56,645 nt of DNA from a virus. Taxonomy: Duplodnaviria > Caudoviricetes. This document shows positions 49,301 to 56,645 of the stretch, piece after piece (within the stretch, counting starts at the first letter, position 1; each line of letters opens with the position of its first letter). Both the position numbers and the translations under genes were made by a program. The stretch lies in IMG/VR virus record IMGVR_UViG_3300024302_000397, positions 1 through 56,645 of that record; one strand, given 5' to 3'. The notes beneath the pieces were generated by a model. The model saw nothing but the letters and a program-made list of their open reading frames with translations, did no database searches and was not told the DNA's origin.

Positions 49301-52300
49301 GCAACTGCCTACTACTAAGGGAGTGTATAACTCAGGTTTTAAGAGTTTAGCTAGTGATACAGGATTTGATTTATTCACCCAAGTAAATGAGCTACTAACC
49401 TCATCATGGAATATGCTTACACCTGCAGAACAGCACGCAGTTAGAGAAGCTTACCTTAAGCATTCATACTTAAATCGTAATGAAGACAGTGAAGTCTCAT
49501 TTGATAGTGTAATGGGCACAGTTCAACGTACTGCTAAGGAAGTCCAGCAGAACAGAGGTGAATTAGCTAAAATGTTAGAGACAGCTACAAGTGAACATAT
49601 GTATATTGCATCACCTGAGTCAACTGAAAATGTAGATTTTTCAGCTGAAGCAGAAGCACTTAAACAGTCATTAGAAGAGAACAGTAAGGATTATCAACGT
49701 TCTAGCCAGTACAAGCTACTTAAAGACAATAGAGAGTTATTCCGAGTATTAACTAATCGACTGACTGAGATGTTCCCTAATATCACGCTAGAAGAGCGTG
49801 ATACATTAGTAGACATACATGGTGAACAGGTATTGGGTAATGCTATAGGCACTGCTATTCAGTACTCAAACAGCAAAGGAGCTCTTGATACAGTTCCTCA
49901 TGAGTATGCTCATGTGTACTTAAATCTATTAGAGCACACTACCATTATCAGTAAGCAGATTTCTACAATCCAAGCAGTTCACAATGTGAACAGAAAGGAA
50001 GCTAAAGAGATTTTAGCTAATGAGATGGGAAGAATCTTTACAGATAAGGTGCTTGAAGGCAAAGGCAAGAAGACTCAAAGTATTGTTAGAAGAGTATGGG
50101 AGTTTATTAAAGAAGTATTTAAACCTCTATATCTATCAACAGAGAAAATGCGAGCTGAGTATATCTACCGTGAGTTGGCATGGAAACTAATTAATGGTAT
50201 TTCAGGTGAATCACTTACAACTACACCTAAGAAAGGCTATACCTTACAAAAGTTTGACACTATCCTAAAGAACAACAAGTGGGGAGCTGAGGTTATCGAT
50301 ACTGTAATAAGTAAGATGCTTCCAGAAGCTCTTCTTGTAGGTAGTCTTGCGTTAACTGCAGCAGGTAATGTATATCGTAAAGGAGTAGGTAGTCTGCATG
50401 ATATCGACTTTGCTATGCCTCTTACGTCATTCAAGCCGGGGAGAGGACTGAAAGGCAATATCAAGACTTACTTTCCAGGAGCACAGCTGTTATATGAATA
50501 TGATAATGCTACAGATATTGACAAAGCCACTGAGAAGGTGCTTACCTACGTAGTTCCTCCTACGGGGACACAAATAGCTAATGTACAGAGGTTTGATGAA
50601 TCAGAGTTTGGAAGAGTTATTGCATGGGATGTTGTGGATTCAAAGAATCCTTCTAAAATTCTAGGTACTTACAGGGCTGAGGCAACGAAAGACTTAAGCG
50701 CTCCTGAGTGGTCAGTTAGGTCTAAATTAGTTAGTGAAACTTCTACCGGGGTAGAGGCTGTATTAGTAGATTTTCTAACTGATATAGGAGTTGCCCCAGC
50801 TACCAGTGTATATAGTACATATCTAGGTAAGATGGTTAAAGTTGCGAGTCCTAAGTCAGTGTTCACAGCTAAGAATAGCATTACTAAGGAAGATATTCCT
50901 CGAGATAAAGATGTGATGGACTTTAATTTATTTGCCCCAGATAAGGACGGTGTTACGCCTCCTGATCTATTCGGAGAAGTGATTAAAGGAAGTAGTTTTG
51001 CAGAGTTGCTAGAGAGTTCGACTACATGGCATAATAATGCTCCGTTGTCTTCATCTGCTCTAGTCATCTTTGATGGATTAGGTAAGCAGGACCTACACTA
51101 CGATTCTGCACATGCAGAGCATTTACAAAATATCTTACATACGCTTGTGCTAGAGCACATGGCTAACGTAGAAGATGTAGTAGTTCAGACAGCGTTCATA
51201 AAGGGAAAGACCAGGGGAGGGTTTAGTGAGGACTTGAGAAAGGTTATAGTTCAACTAAATAAAAATGCTCCTATTACCTATGCTGAGCAAAGCCCACAAG
51301 AAGTTTTTGTACACGAAATACTTCATGCAGTGATAGACCATGTATTAGCTGCTAACCCTCGTTTACAGGTAGAGTTAAGTAAGCTACATAGAGAAGCTAT
51401 CAAACACATATCTGTAGATGATTTCCTAATTGATGGTATTAAATCAGATGAAGTAGCAGAAAGGGCAATTGCTACACAGCAATATGAATATGTTTATAGA
51501 GATTCTACAGAATTCCTAATTTATACATTAACTAACAAAGGGTTACTTGCAAAGATGCAGACTACTGCCCCACCACGCTCTACAAAATTGTGGGAAGGTG
51601 CAGAATTCTCGGATAAGATAATTAATTTAATTCAACATATGATTAACGCTTTTAATACAAAAGTGCGACATAAGAAACTTACTACCTCACAATACCAAGA
51701 TTTCTTTAACTTAGGTTTAAAAATAGCGACTATTAACTCAAAACATGAGAAATCCCTAACAGTTTTAGCTAAGAAATTTCATATAGAAGCATTAGTTGAA
51801 CAAGGGATGGATAAGGTAGCAGATGTTATGGTTAAGTCTACTGTTAGGACAGGACAGTTCTTATTTAAAAATACGGAAATAGGCAAGACTATTGGGCATA
51901 TTAAAGAATTGCCTGATTCTATTAGAAAAGTCGCAACTGAAAGTGCGTTCCTTAAAGCATTTGCTGCGCTGAATGATATTGAGCAGGTAGAGTCCTTATC
52001 TTTATTAGTTAAAGATTTGATAGTAGGTACAGGAAGTATGGATATTATGGACCTTGTACTTAAAGCTAAAGGTTTAATTGATTCTACGCGTATACACAGA
52101 GCTAAATCATTAGTTAAAAAGCTGAGAGCTCACACTAAATCTAAAAAGGCTATTGATGGTAGTGAGCAGACTGCTGTAACTAAAGTTTTTATAAAGACTG
52201 ATATACAATCCCTATTAAAATCGGGACGCTTTGATATTGCTGAGATTATTAAATTAATTAAGTACCCTCAGCTACTTCATAATAAGATAGCTGAATATGA

Positions 52301-54422
52301 AACTAGAGTGGGAACGTCTACTAATAATTTTTATAGCCAGCAGGTAGAGGGTTTAGCTAGCTTTATGGTCCGTACAAGCTCTGTAAGTGCTTTACAAGGA
52401 TTAAATGCATCTAGGATATATCAATTGCACCAACAGCTATATGGTGAAGAGGTACTTAAGGATGCAGGCATCATACAAGAACTCGATATATTAATTAGTT
52501 TAACAGCTTTGCAGAATGTTCCTGAATCTACGAAGACTAAAGCTCTTAGAGTGGCAGAAGAAGAGATGTCTTTAGATAATAAATCTAATCTAATCACTAC
52601 TCTTATAGAACAGCATAAAGTATTGGTTGGGGAAAATCTAGAGCATAACTTTAACAATAGTCCGTATGCAATGATTAAGGGCTACACACGTAACTCTTAC
52701 AACTCTAATATTGAGATTGTTAGTGCTCCTTTAGATGATAAGAAACAGATGCACAAAGATGGATATGTATTCTCACATGAATTACCTTATATCCCTGGCG
52801 TAAACAAAACCAGATTTGGGTTATTTGTAAATCCTTATAATCCTGAAGCAGGAAGAACAACAGGTGTTATCCCTTACAGTGGACAAAAGTCCAAGGGTAC
52901 TACTTTATTCGAGATTCTATCTAATGATGAAGCTTATCAAAAGCAAGACCCTACAACAGGGAATATGGTGGGTGATATTAAACTAATTAGACCTGTTATT
53001 GATAGATATATTGACAAGCAAATAGAGCTTCTAACTGCTCAGGTGACGAGTGGTAAGATGGGTAGCAATACACAGTTAATTCCTTTGATTAATGAAGCAG
53101 GCGAGATTTATGATTTCCGTGTGATGATGTCTACATCTATGCAAGAGAGTTTGTTAGACCCTGATATGACATACGAAAACGTTATGTCACAGCTATCAAT
53201 TCATTATATTGATAGAAAAATGACTGGGGAGATTGAAAAATCAAGTATGGAATATCTTGTTCAGGTTATGAATACTGAGTACAAGGGGAGCAGAGATAAA
53301 AGCTTTATTAATATTTTAGATGGGAAGTACCGTGAAAAGTATTTCCTACCTCTTTCCGCGACTTTTAAAGCAAGGGTGAAGGCTAACTCAATAAAAACGG
53401 ATGCTGGAGATGTTTTCCCAATTAAAAAAGAGGAATTGCATATCTTATTTGGTGCTAAGGACATGTCTGTCCGCGACCTTCCTTATTATGATTCGTATCC
53501 TGCACCTCTTAAGAGGTCTTTACTCAGAGTAAATGCTACTACGCTTGCAGTAATTAGGATAGCAGTTACTAACATTATTTTAAAAATGCCTGAAGTAATC
53601 ACAGACAACATAGTTAGTAACACTATTATCTTATTGTTAAATGGTGTTAATCCTGTTAAAGCTGTACAGGGACAACTACAAGTAGTTAAAGATTTAAGGG
53701 AATGGAAGAATACATCTGCAGAAATGATAGATTTGTATTACACCTATCATGGCAGTGATATTAAGAATAGGAATTTATTACTTCGAATAGAAGCACTAGG
53801 AAACTCTTTGAAAAAGAGTCCTATCTTTGAGCTAATGGATATGCAACTATTTACTTCTATGGTAGAAGAGATTAACTTGAAAGAGAGTTCTGCTGCGGAT
53901 AGATGGGCAAACAGTGTAGAAGCTAAATTAGGTAAGTATGGTGCAGCACCTGTAATGGGTGCTGCTAAATTGCTTTATATGACTAAATCTACAGCATTAT
54001 ATCAAGGGATGCAGGAAGCATTCCAGATGTCTGACTTCTTAGCTAGGGTTGTATTAAACGACCACTTGAAGAAGACAGGTATGTCAGACAATGAACGTAA
54101 ACGTACTATATACGAGACGTTTGTACTATATGACGTACCGGGCACTTCTAGATTAGCCACTTTCATAAATAAGACCGGTTTTACATTCTTCTGGTCGTAT
54201 TTTATTAAACTACAACGTGCTATCTTTAGAACTACTAAGAGACGTACTAAAAGTGTGTTGTTCCTACTAGGAATGCAAGAAGCAACTAATGTCGATGTAC
54301 CTGACATATTTGATTCAGCGATAGTTACAGGTAACTTTGCTCCACCTTTATCTAATCCAGTAGAAGCACTAGAGCATGTAATCAAGTTACCTGGCGTAGA
54401 ATTTATAGACGACCTACTTTAG
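46299..54422 (+). CDS. Virion RNA polymerase (N4 gp50-like), catalytic and C-terminal part, with HExxH and nucleotidyltransferase-like domains
   Basis: Motif A EADAVTSG (~48130), motif B RRNAGKPPFMVLNYEG (~48440), motif C LHDA (~49275); HEYAH (~49900) and HEILH (~51311); AGGAG RBS; a single Cys at residue 5. Confidence 0.88.
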   Translation: MSAKCTKELIVESITNAINTQPQTETAKVFKSTVNNFVGYIAELGINNSQDLNVHIPKADVFAPYLHKIGEVLNEGNKLFLVKNRDTKSSTFLEPSTYKNSDELVSIFMEAGLTPELSTQLVKLFKAFTTKVNQELKSSNTVYENDVLPLLYGANKIEGRDTTYHLPAPVLFSASTSLLRWFATDGARTLNTFTDTQIQLIVGAERTSDILDETLTAFRNLDHGGMLRGEAARSLGSLIFDSLNIKSNLATSSTILDDILAHQLGALALEIGVKMGLIKSAEVVYKVNQNGKLVTKKFAHYYITQKTIDVNNIDIKKITDHSKHLDSFFGVNQSFNAPSATPLPNVSKNVRGSLGSVSPQAHQVINKLVNTEWTVNSAYHLYMIGSDTANAPLQAKAVKLRKVLAGVTFLNPSDALNVHVDLEEGIKAKDRQLLDQIKVIKKYSDNNLINSFYLQWKFMAQHRMMIEGELDPMSAKNVARFLLKPAKSKSIIVDPATKDSKAVISFKVAVAQHFDLSVDKTDVQGSLELFDSVFSDMENEQSALSRAVQSVIQLSIKPNEVTEENYLDAMLELHTKYPGANTALIMAVNALAQYQSALEEDTTFTTDIIAEADAVTSGFGIGLMLFPSNNMDDMMRELNRVGMIFEGQVPYSEQVKNANGATPDGYLNFANALFDKFENLPSYLDTNGEHVDPKVAESRFKAFNTIFAPLVTNRRNAGKPPFMVLNYEGGAAKVAKELSVSLVDSLFEYITEAQGRYTNGSPEVKAEIYKELATMFKSMRVLTKSKAGKEYLPGGLTSGVLKTLLATNELHRYSFNEPLYRGSPIKYRDYLISKLGQALTPAIKVAAAETIVNSEIKSDFIKAGELQYFIFKVKYNNLVKEVAGRSEGKLFPSQRKELARELIDFYPRIALKHQDGTESFIDLVKSTQIQHSTKFELKLNSGNVSTRMLTYSFAPPGVSTVVRSIQGTDAVKLQDSISIPNVENTEIPLLPLHDAVMEVIGQLPTTKGVYNSGFKSLASDTGFDLFTQVNELLTSSWNMLTPAEQHAVREAYLKHSYLNRNEDSEVSFDSVMGTVQRTAKEVQQNRGELAKMLETATSEHMYIASPESTENVDFSAEAEALKQSLEENSKDYQRSSQYKLLKDNRELFRVLTNRLTEMFPNITLEERDTLVDIHGEQVLGNAIGTAIQYSNSKGALDTVPHEYAHVYLNLLEHTTIISKQISTIQAVHNVNRKEAKEILANEMGRIFTDKVLEGKGKKTQSIVRRVWEFIKEVFKPLYLSTEKMRAEYIYRELAWKLINGISGESLTTTPKKGYTLQKFDTILKNNKWGAEVIDTVISKMLPEALLVGSLALTAAGNVYRKGVGSLHDIDFAMPLTSFKPGRGLKGNIKTYFPGAQLLYEYDNATDIDKATEKVLTYVVPPTGTQIANVQRFDESEFGRVIAWDVVDSKNPSKILGTYRAEATKDLSAPEWSVRSKLVSETSTGVEAVLVDFLTDIGVAPATSVYSTYLGKMVKVASPKSVFTAKNSITKEDIPRDKDVMDFNLFAPDKDGVTPPDLFGEVIKGSSFAELLESSTTWHNNAPLSSSALVIFDGLGKQDLHYDSAHAEHLQNILHTLVLEHMANVEDVVVQTAFIKGKTRGGFSEDLRKVIVQLNKNAPITYAEQSPQEVFVHEILHAVIDHVLAANPRLQVELSKLHREAIKHISVDDFLIDGIKSDEVAERAIATQQYEYVYRDSTEFLIYTLTNKGLLAKMQTTAPPRSTKLWEGAEFSDKIINLIQHMINAFNTKVRHKKLTTSQYQDFFNLGLKIATINSKHEKSLTVLAKKFHIEALVEQGMDKVADVMVKSTVRTGQFLFKNTEIGKTIGHIKELPDSIRKVATESAFLKAFAALNDIEQVESLSLLVKDLIVGTGSMDIMDLVLKAKGLIDSTRIHRAKSLVKKLRAHTKSKKAIDGSEQTAVTKVFIKTDIQSLLKSGRFDIAEIIKLIKYPQLLHNKIAEYETRVGTSTNNFYSQQVEGLASFMVRTSSVSALQGLNASRIYQLHQQLYGEEVLKDAGIIQELDILISLTALQNVPESTKTKALRVAEEEMSLDNKSNLITTLIEQHKVLVGENLEHNFNNSPYAMIKGYTRNSYNSNIEIVSAPLDDKKQMHKDGYVFSHELPYIPGVNKTRFGLFVNPYNPEAGRTTGVIPYSGQKSKGTTLFEILSNDEAYQKQDPTTGNMVGDIKLIRPVIDRYIDKQIELLTAQVTSGKMGSNTQLIPLINEAGEIYDFRVMMSTSMQESLLDPDMTYENVMSQLSIHYIDRKMTGEIEKSSMEYLVQVMNTEYKGSRDKSFINILDGKYREKYFLPLSATFKARVKANSIKTDAGDVFPIKKEELHILFGAKDMSVRDLPYYDSYPAPLKRSLLRVNATTLAVIRIAVTNIILKMPEVITDNIVSNTIILLLNGVNPVKAVQGQLQVVKDLREWKNTSAEMIDLYYTYHGSDIKNRNLLLRIEALGNSLKKSPIFELMDMQLFTSMVEEINLKESSAADRWANSVEAKLGKYGAAPVMGAAKLLYMTKSTALYQGMQEAFQMSDFLARVVLNDHLKKTGMSDNERKRTIYETFVLYDVPGTSRLATFINKTGFTFFWSYFIKLQRAIFRTTKRRTKSVLFLLGMQEATNVDVPDIFDSAIVTGNFAPPLSNPVEALEHVIKLPGVEFIDDLL

Positions 54423-54584
54423 CTAGTCATCTACATCAGTGTTTAATACACGTAGGGTGACATAGATAACTAAAGTTACCCCTATACCAATAAGGATAGG
54501 GGCAATAACTAAACTAGCTATGATTGCGCCTATAGCTACTATAGATGCGCCTAAAGCATAGAGAGCAGTTTTTACGTTGCCCAC
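54423..54584 (-). CDS. Small two-TM membrane protein (53 aa), not in the ORF track
   Basis: GTG start; ALYALGASIVAIGAIIASLVIAPILIGIGVTLVIYVTLR; stop abuts the vRNAP stop head-to-head. Confidence 0.55.
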   Translation of the reverse strand: MGNVKTALYALGASIVAIGAIIASLVIAPILIGIGVTLVIYVTLRVLNTDVDD

Positions 54585-54874
54585 GGGGAGCCTAAGGCTG
54601 CGAGTTTCTCACCTGTAGTATCTATATCAGAGTATGTATTCTCTATCTGGTCACTTAAATCTTTAACAGCATCTTTAGCAACTACAGCTACCTCTTTCTC
54701 AAGTTGTTTAACTTTGCGCTTCATCTTAGATTTAGGCTTTGAGGATGTGATATCTTCCCTTAGAGAGTTAATTACCACTTCAGTGACGTCTAGTCCTTGT
54801 AGTAGAATAACAGCGTTCTCCGGGCTCATTTCAATTGTTAGTTTCATGATAATTCCTTGTATGGATTGCCCCAA
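54572..54874 (-). CDS. Hypothetical protein
   Basis: ORF downstream of SSB; likely start is the internal ATG after AAGGA. Confidence 0.55.
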   Translation of the reverse strand: MGQSIQGIIMKLTIEMSPENAVILLQGLDVTEVVINSLREDITSSKPKSKMKRKVKQLEKEVAVVAKDAVKDLSDQIENTYSDIDTTGEKLAALGSPWAT

Positions 54875-54901
54875 ATAATTTGAGGCAAAAATAAGAGATA
54901 C

Positions 54902-55630
54902 TTATGCAAACACAGATGCTTTAGCAGAAGTTACAGCTGTAGCAGCAGGTTGAAGATTCTTATTAGTTTTATCAATAGTGGTACCTTTGTTTTTAGCGTC
55001 CCACTCATTCATAAATGTAGCTTCAGCTACACCGTCCGCCATTTCACCGACAGACAGCTTAGTTTCAGCATTCGCGAAGTAACGGATTTCATTTGATTCG
55101 AATACTTCAGCAGTATCTTCATATACTCCAGAAGCGTTAGGCTTCTGTTTGTTACGTTTAAATAACTGTACTGCAATCTGTACAGGCTTCCCAATTAAAC
55201 TAGTTAATACGTACTTCTCAACAGGAATTTCTTTTTTAGCTTCCCATGAGTAGGCATTAATTGTTTTCTTCTCACCAGTAGGCACTACTTCAGTAAGAGG
55301 CTTACCTTCAGTAGCAATACATAAACGATTAGCAGACGTATAGCCTGGTAATGGATGTTTCTTACCTGCTTTGTCTACGTAGAATGTTTTCTGGCCTTTA
55401 GCTTTACCGCTAGTAATCCAGAAAGTATCTCTGATAGGAAATACTTTAGAATCTTTGTCAGTACTCTTAAGTGTGACATTTACAGCAGTAGCACCACCTG
55501 ATGATTCTTCGATAGTTACCATTTCGATAATAGTGTCATACACACCTGATTCCCAAATACGGCTATTACCACCACCGCCTATGGTTTCTTTGTCTTCAAT
55601 TACGTCTTTGTCTAATGTTAAATCTAGCAT
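54902..55630 (-). CDS. ssb: Single-stranded DNA-binding protein (N4 SSB/gp45-like)
   Basis: GGG...ESGVY...S.GGA...FWITSG..KG.K.FYVDK.GKK.PLPGY...NEI pattern; convergent with vRNAP as in N4-like phages; GAGG RBS. Confidence 0.8.
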   Translation of the reverse strand: MLDLTLDKDVIEDKETIGGGGNSRIWESGVYDTIIEMVTIEESSGGATAVNVTLKSTDKDSKVFPIRDTFWITSGKAKGQKTFYVDKAGKKHPLPGYTSANRLCIATEGKPLTEVVPTGEKKTINAYSWEAKKEIPVEKYVLTSLIGKPVQIAVQLFKRNKQKPNASGVYEDTAEVFESNEIRYFANAETKLSVGEMADGVAEATFMNEWDAKNKGTTIDKTNKNLQPAATAVTSAKASVFA

Positions 55631-55706
55631 TTTAATTACCTCATGTTGTCTTTTAATTTAAAGAGTCAGTTACACGACAACGTATAAATGTAAATACTCT
55701 GGGATA

Positions 55707-55721
55707 GGGTACGGAGTACCC
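55707..55721 (-). promoter_or_regulatory. C-GGA-G hairpin upstream of ssb, candidate phage-RNAP promoter
   Basis: + strand GGGTAC-GGA-GTACCC; no U-tract on either side. Confidence 0.5.
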
Positions 55722-55737
55722 CTAAATTTAGATAGCT

Positions 55738-56244
55738 TCACTTAATGTAAGACTTAATATGGTCAGATGTACTATCTAAGAAAGTTTTCCATACACCATC
55801 ATTTTTACGCTGTTCAATAAGTGTATCATCAACAGTTAGCGCACAGATAACTTGATCACTACCAACTATTTTAGTACTTTTCTCAGGTGTGGATAACCAT
55901 ATAGTATCTTCTTCAAAATCATTAAATGTTTTAGACGATGACTGTGTAACCAGAACTTCTGAGTTTCCATGAAGCATCACACCTTTATCTTGTTTTCTAA
56001 TACCAAACATAGAAAAGTCTTTATTAAACCCTACGGTTACACGATCGCGGTCTTCTAAGCCTAATTGCTTAATAATAGGCGCATATAATTTAATATAAAT
56101 ACGCTTATTAGTATCTTGGTCATAATCCTTTACTTGGATTTTGATAGAATTCTCTGACGTTACTTCATCTTCTTCCCAGATTATTTTAGTATCTAACATA
56201 GCTGGGATTGTATTACGTAGGCTTTGGCCTTTTACATGACTCAT
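55738..56244 (-). CDS. Hypothetical protein
   Basis: ATG 56244 after AAGGAG RBS (track start 56313). Confidence 0.6.
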   Translation of the reverse strand: MSHVKGQSLRNTIPAMLDTKIIWEEDEVTSENSIKIQVKDYDQDTNKRIYIKLYAPIIKQLGLEDRDRVTVGFNKDFSMFGIRKQDKGVMLHGNSEVLVTQSSSKTFNDFEEDTIWLSTPEKSTKIVGSDQVICALTVDDTLIEQRKNDGVWKTFLDSTSDHIKSYIK

Positions 56245-56269
56245 CTTATTTCTCCTTTTTAAAATTGTT

Positions 56270-56644
56270 TTAGGTTGATCTATTGAATATTTTCCAGAAC
56301 CCATCAGGGTCAAAGAACATTCGATTTTTTATATTCTCCCTGGCCTTTACACTGTCCTGTCCCATGGGAGTACCTGAAATAACTGGACGTAAGACTCTAG
56401 CAGCATCTAAGCTTTTATGTAACCTAGCTGCGACAGTTTGTTTAGTACAGTTTGTTTCTTTAACTAGTTCAGGTACTGTCCACACAGAGCCATCACTAAG
56501 TGTATATTTTTTAAATATACCTTTACTGTTATTGTTACCCTTAACTAGAGGTCTGGTTAACCATTCTATATCTCTAGATTGTTGTAAGCGTGTTCTAGCA
56601 GTAGGTAAAGCTATTCCAGCTAATTCAGCTAGAGCCTTAGCAGT
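56270..56644 (-). CDS. Partial protein with tandem HTH-like repeats (5' end outside the window)
   Basis: Frame is open to the window edge: TAKALAELAGIALPTARTRL...LTRPL, then YTLSDGSVWTVPELVKETNCTKQTVAARL...VLRPV. Confidence 0.6.
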   Translation of the reverse strand, partial: TAKALAELAGIALPTARTRLQQSRDIEWLTRPLVKGNNNSKGIFKKYTLSDGSVWTVPELVKETNCTKQTVAARLHKSLDAARVLRPVISGTPMGQDSVKARENIKNRMFFDPDGFWKIFNRST

Positions 56645-56645
56645 A

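Noticed and set aside
54476-54505. CCCCTA...TAGGGG inverted repeat as a terminator for the vRNAP gene
   Set aside because: Long loop, no U-tract, and it lies inside a plausible small membrane-protein ORF; it cannot be supported.
1-56645. tRNA, rRNA, integrase or IS elements
   Set aside because: None recognised by eye; a tRNAscan/Infernal run is needed to exclude small RNAs in 6950-7170 and 7930-8370.

Overview
This window is about 57 kb of an AT-rich, N4-like podovirus genome (Schitoviridae-like), probably circularly permuted. Bases 1-7.9 kb are a leftward early region with a single-ORF T7-type RNA polymerase, a UvrD-like helicase, a protein carrying a bacterial RNAP alpha-CTD, and C-GNA-G hairpin promoters. 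A G/C-tract intergenic segment at ~7.9-8.4 kb is the likely genome-end junction. The long rightward late region (8.4-54.4 kb) holds terminase, adaptor, tail fibres, holin-like genes, portal, scaffold, major capsid, ejection proteins and the virion RNA polymerase. Leftward middle genes, including an SSB, occupy the right end. The most unusual features are: (1) an acyl carrier protein + membrane protein + ketosynthase cassette coupled to the tail-tip genes; (2) a virion RNAP apparently split into two otherwise Cys-free ORFs, each with one Cys at the junction, and carrying SNase-like, nucleotidyltransferase and two HExxH domains; (3) a stand-alone NrdD glycyl-radical peptide missing from the ORF track; (4) an alpha-CTD mimic; (5) a fused RNAP II; (6) Cys-pair mini-modules inserted in tail proteins. 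All family calls come from reading motifs by eye and from gene order; no database searches were run. No tRNA, rRNA, CRISPR array, integrase or endolysin was recognised.
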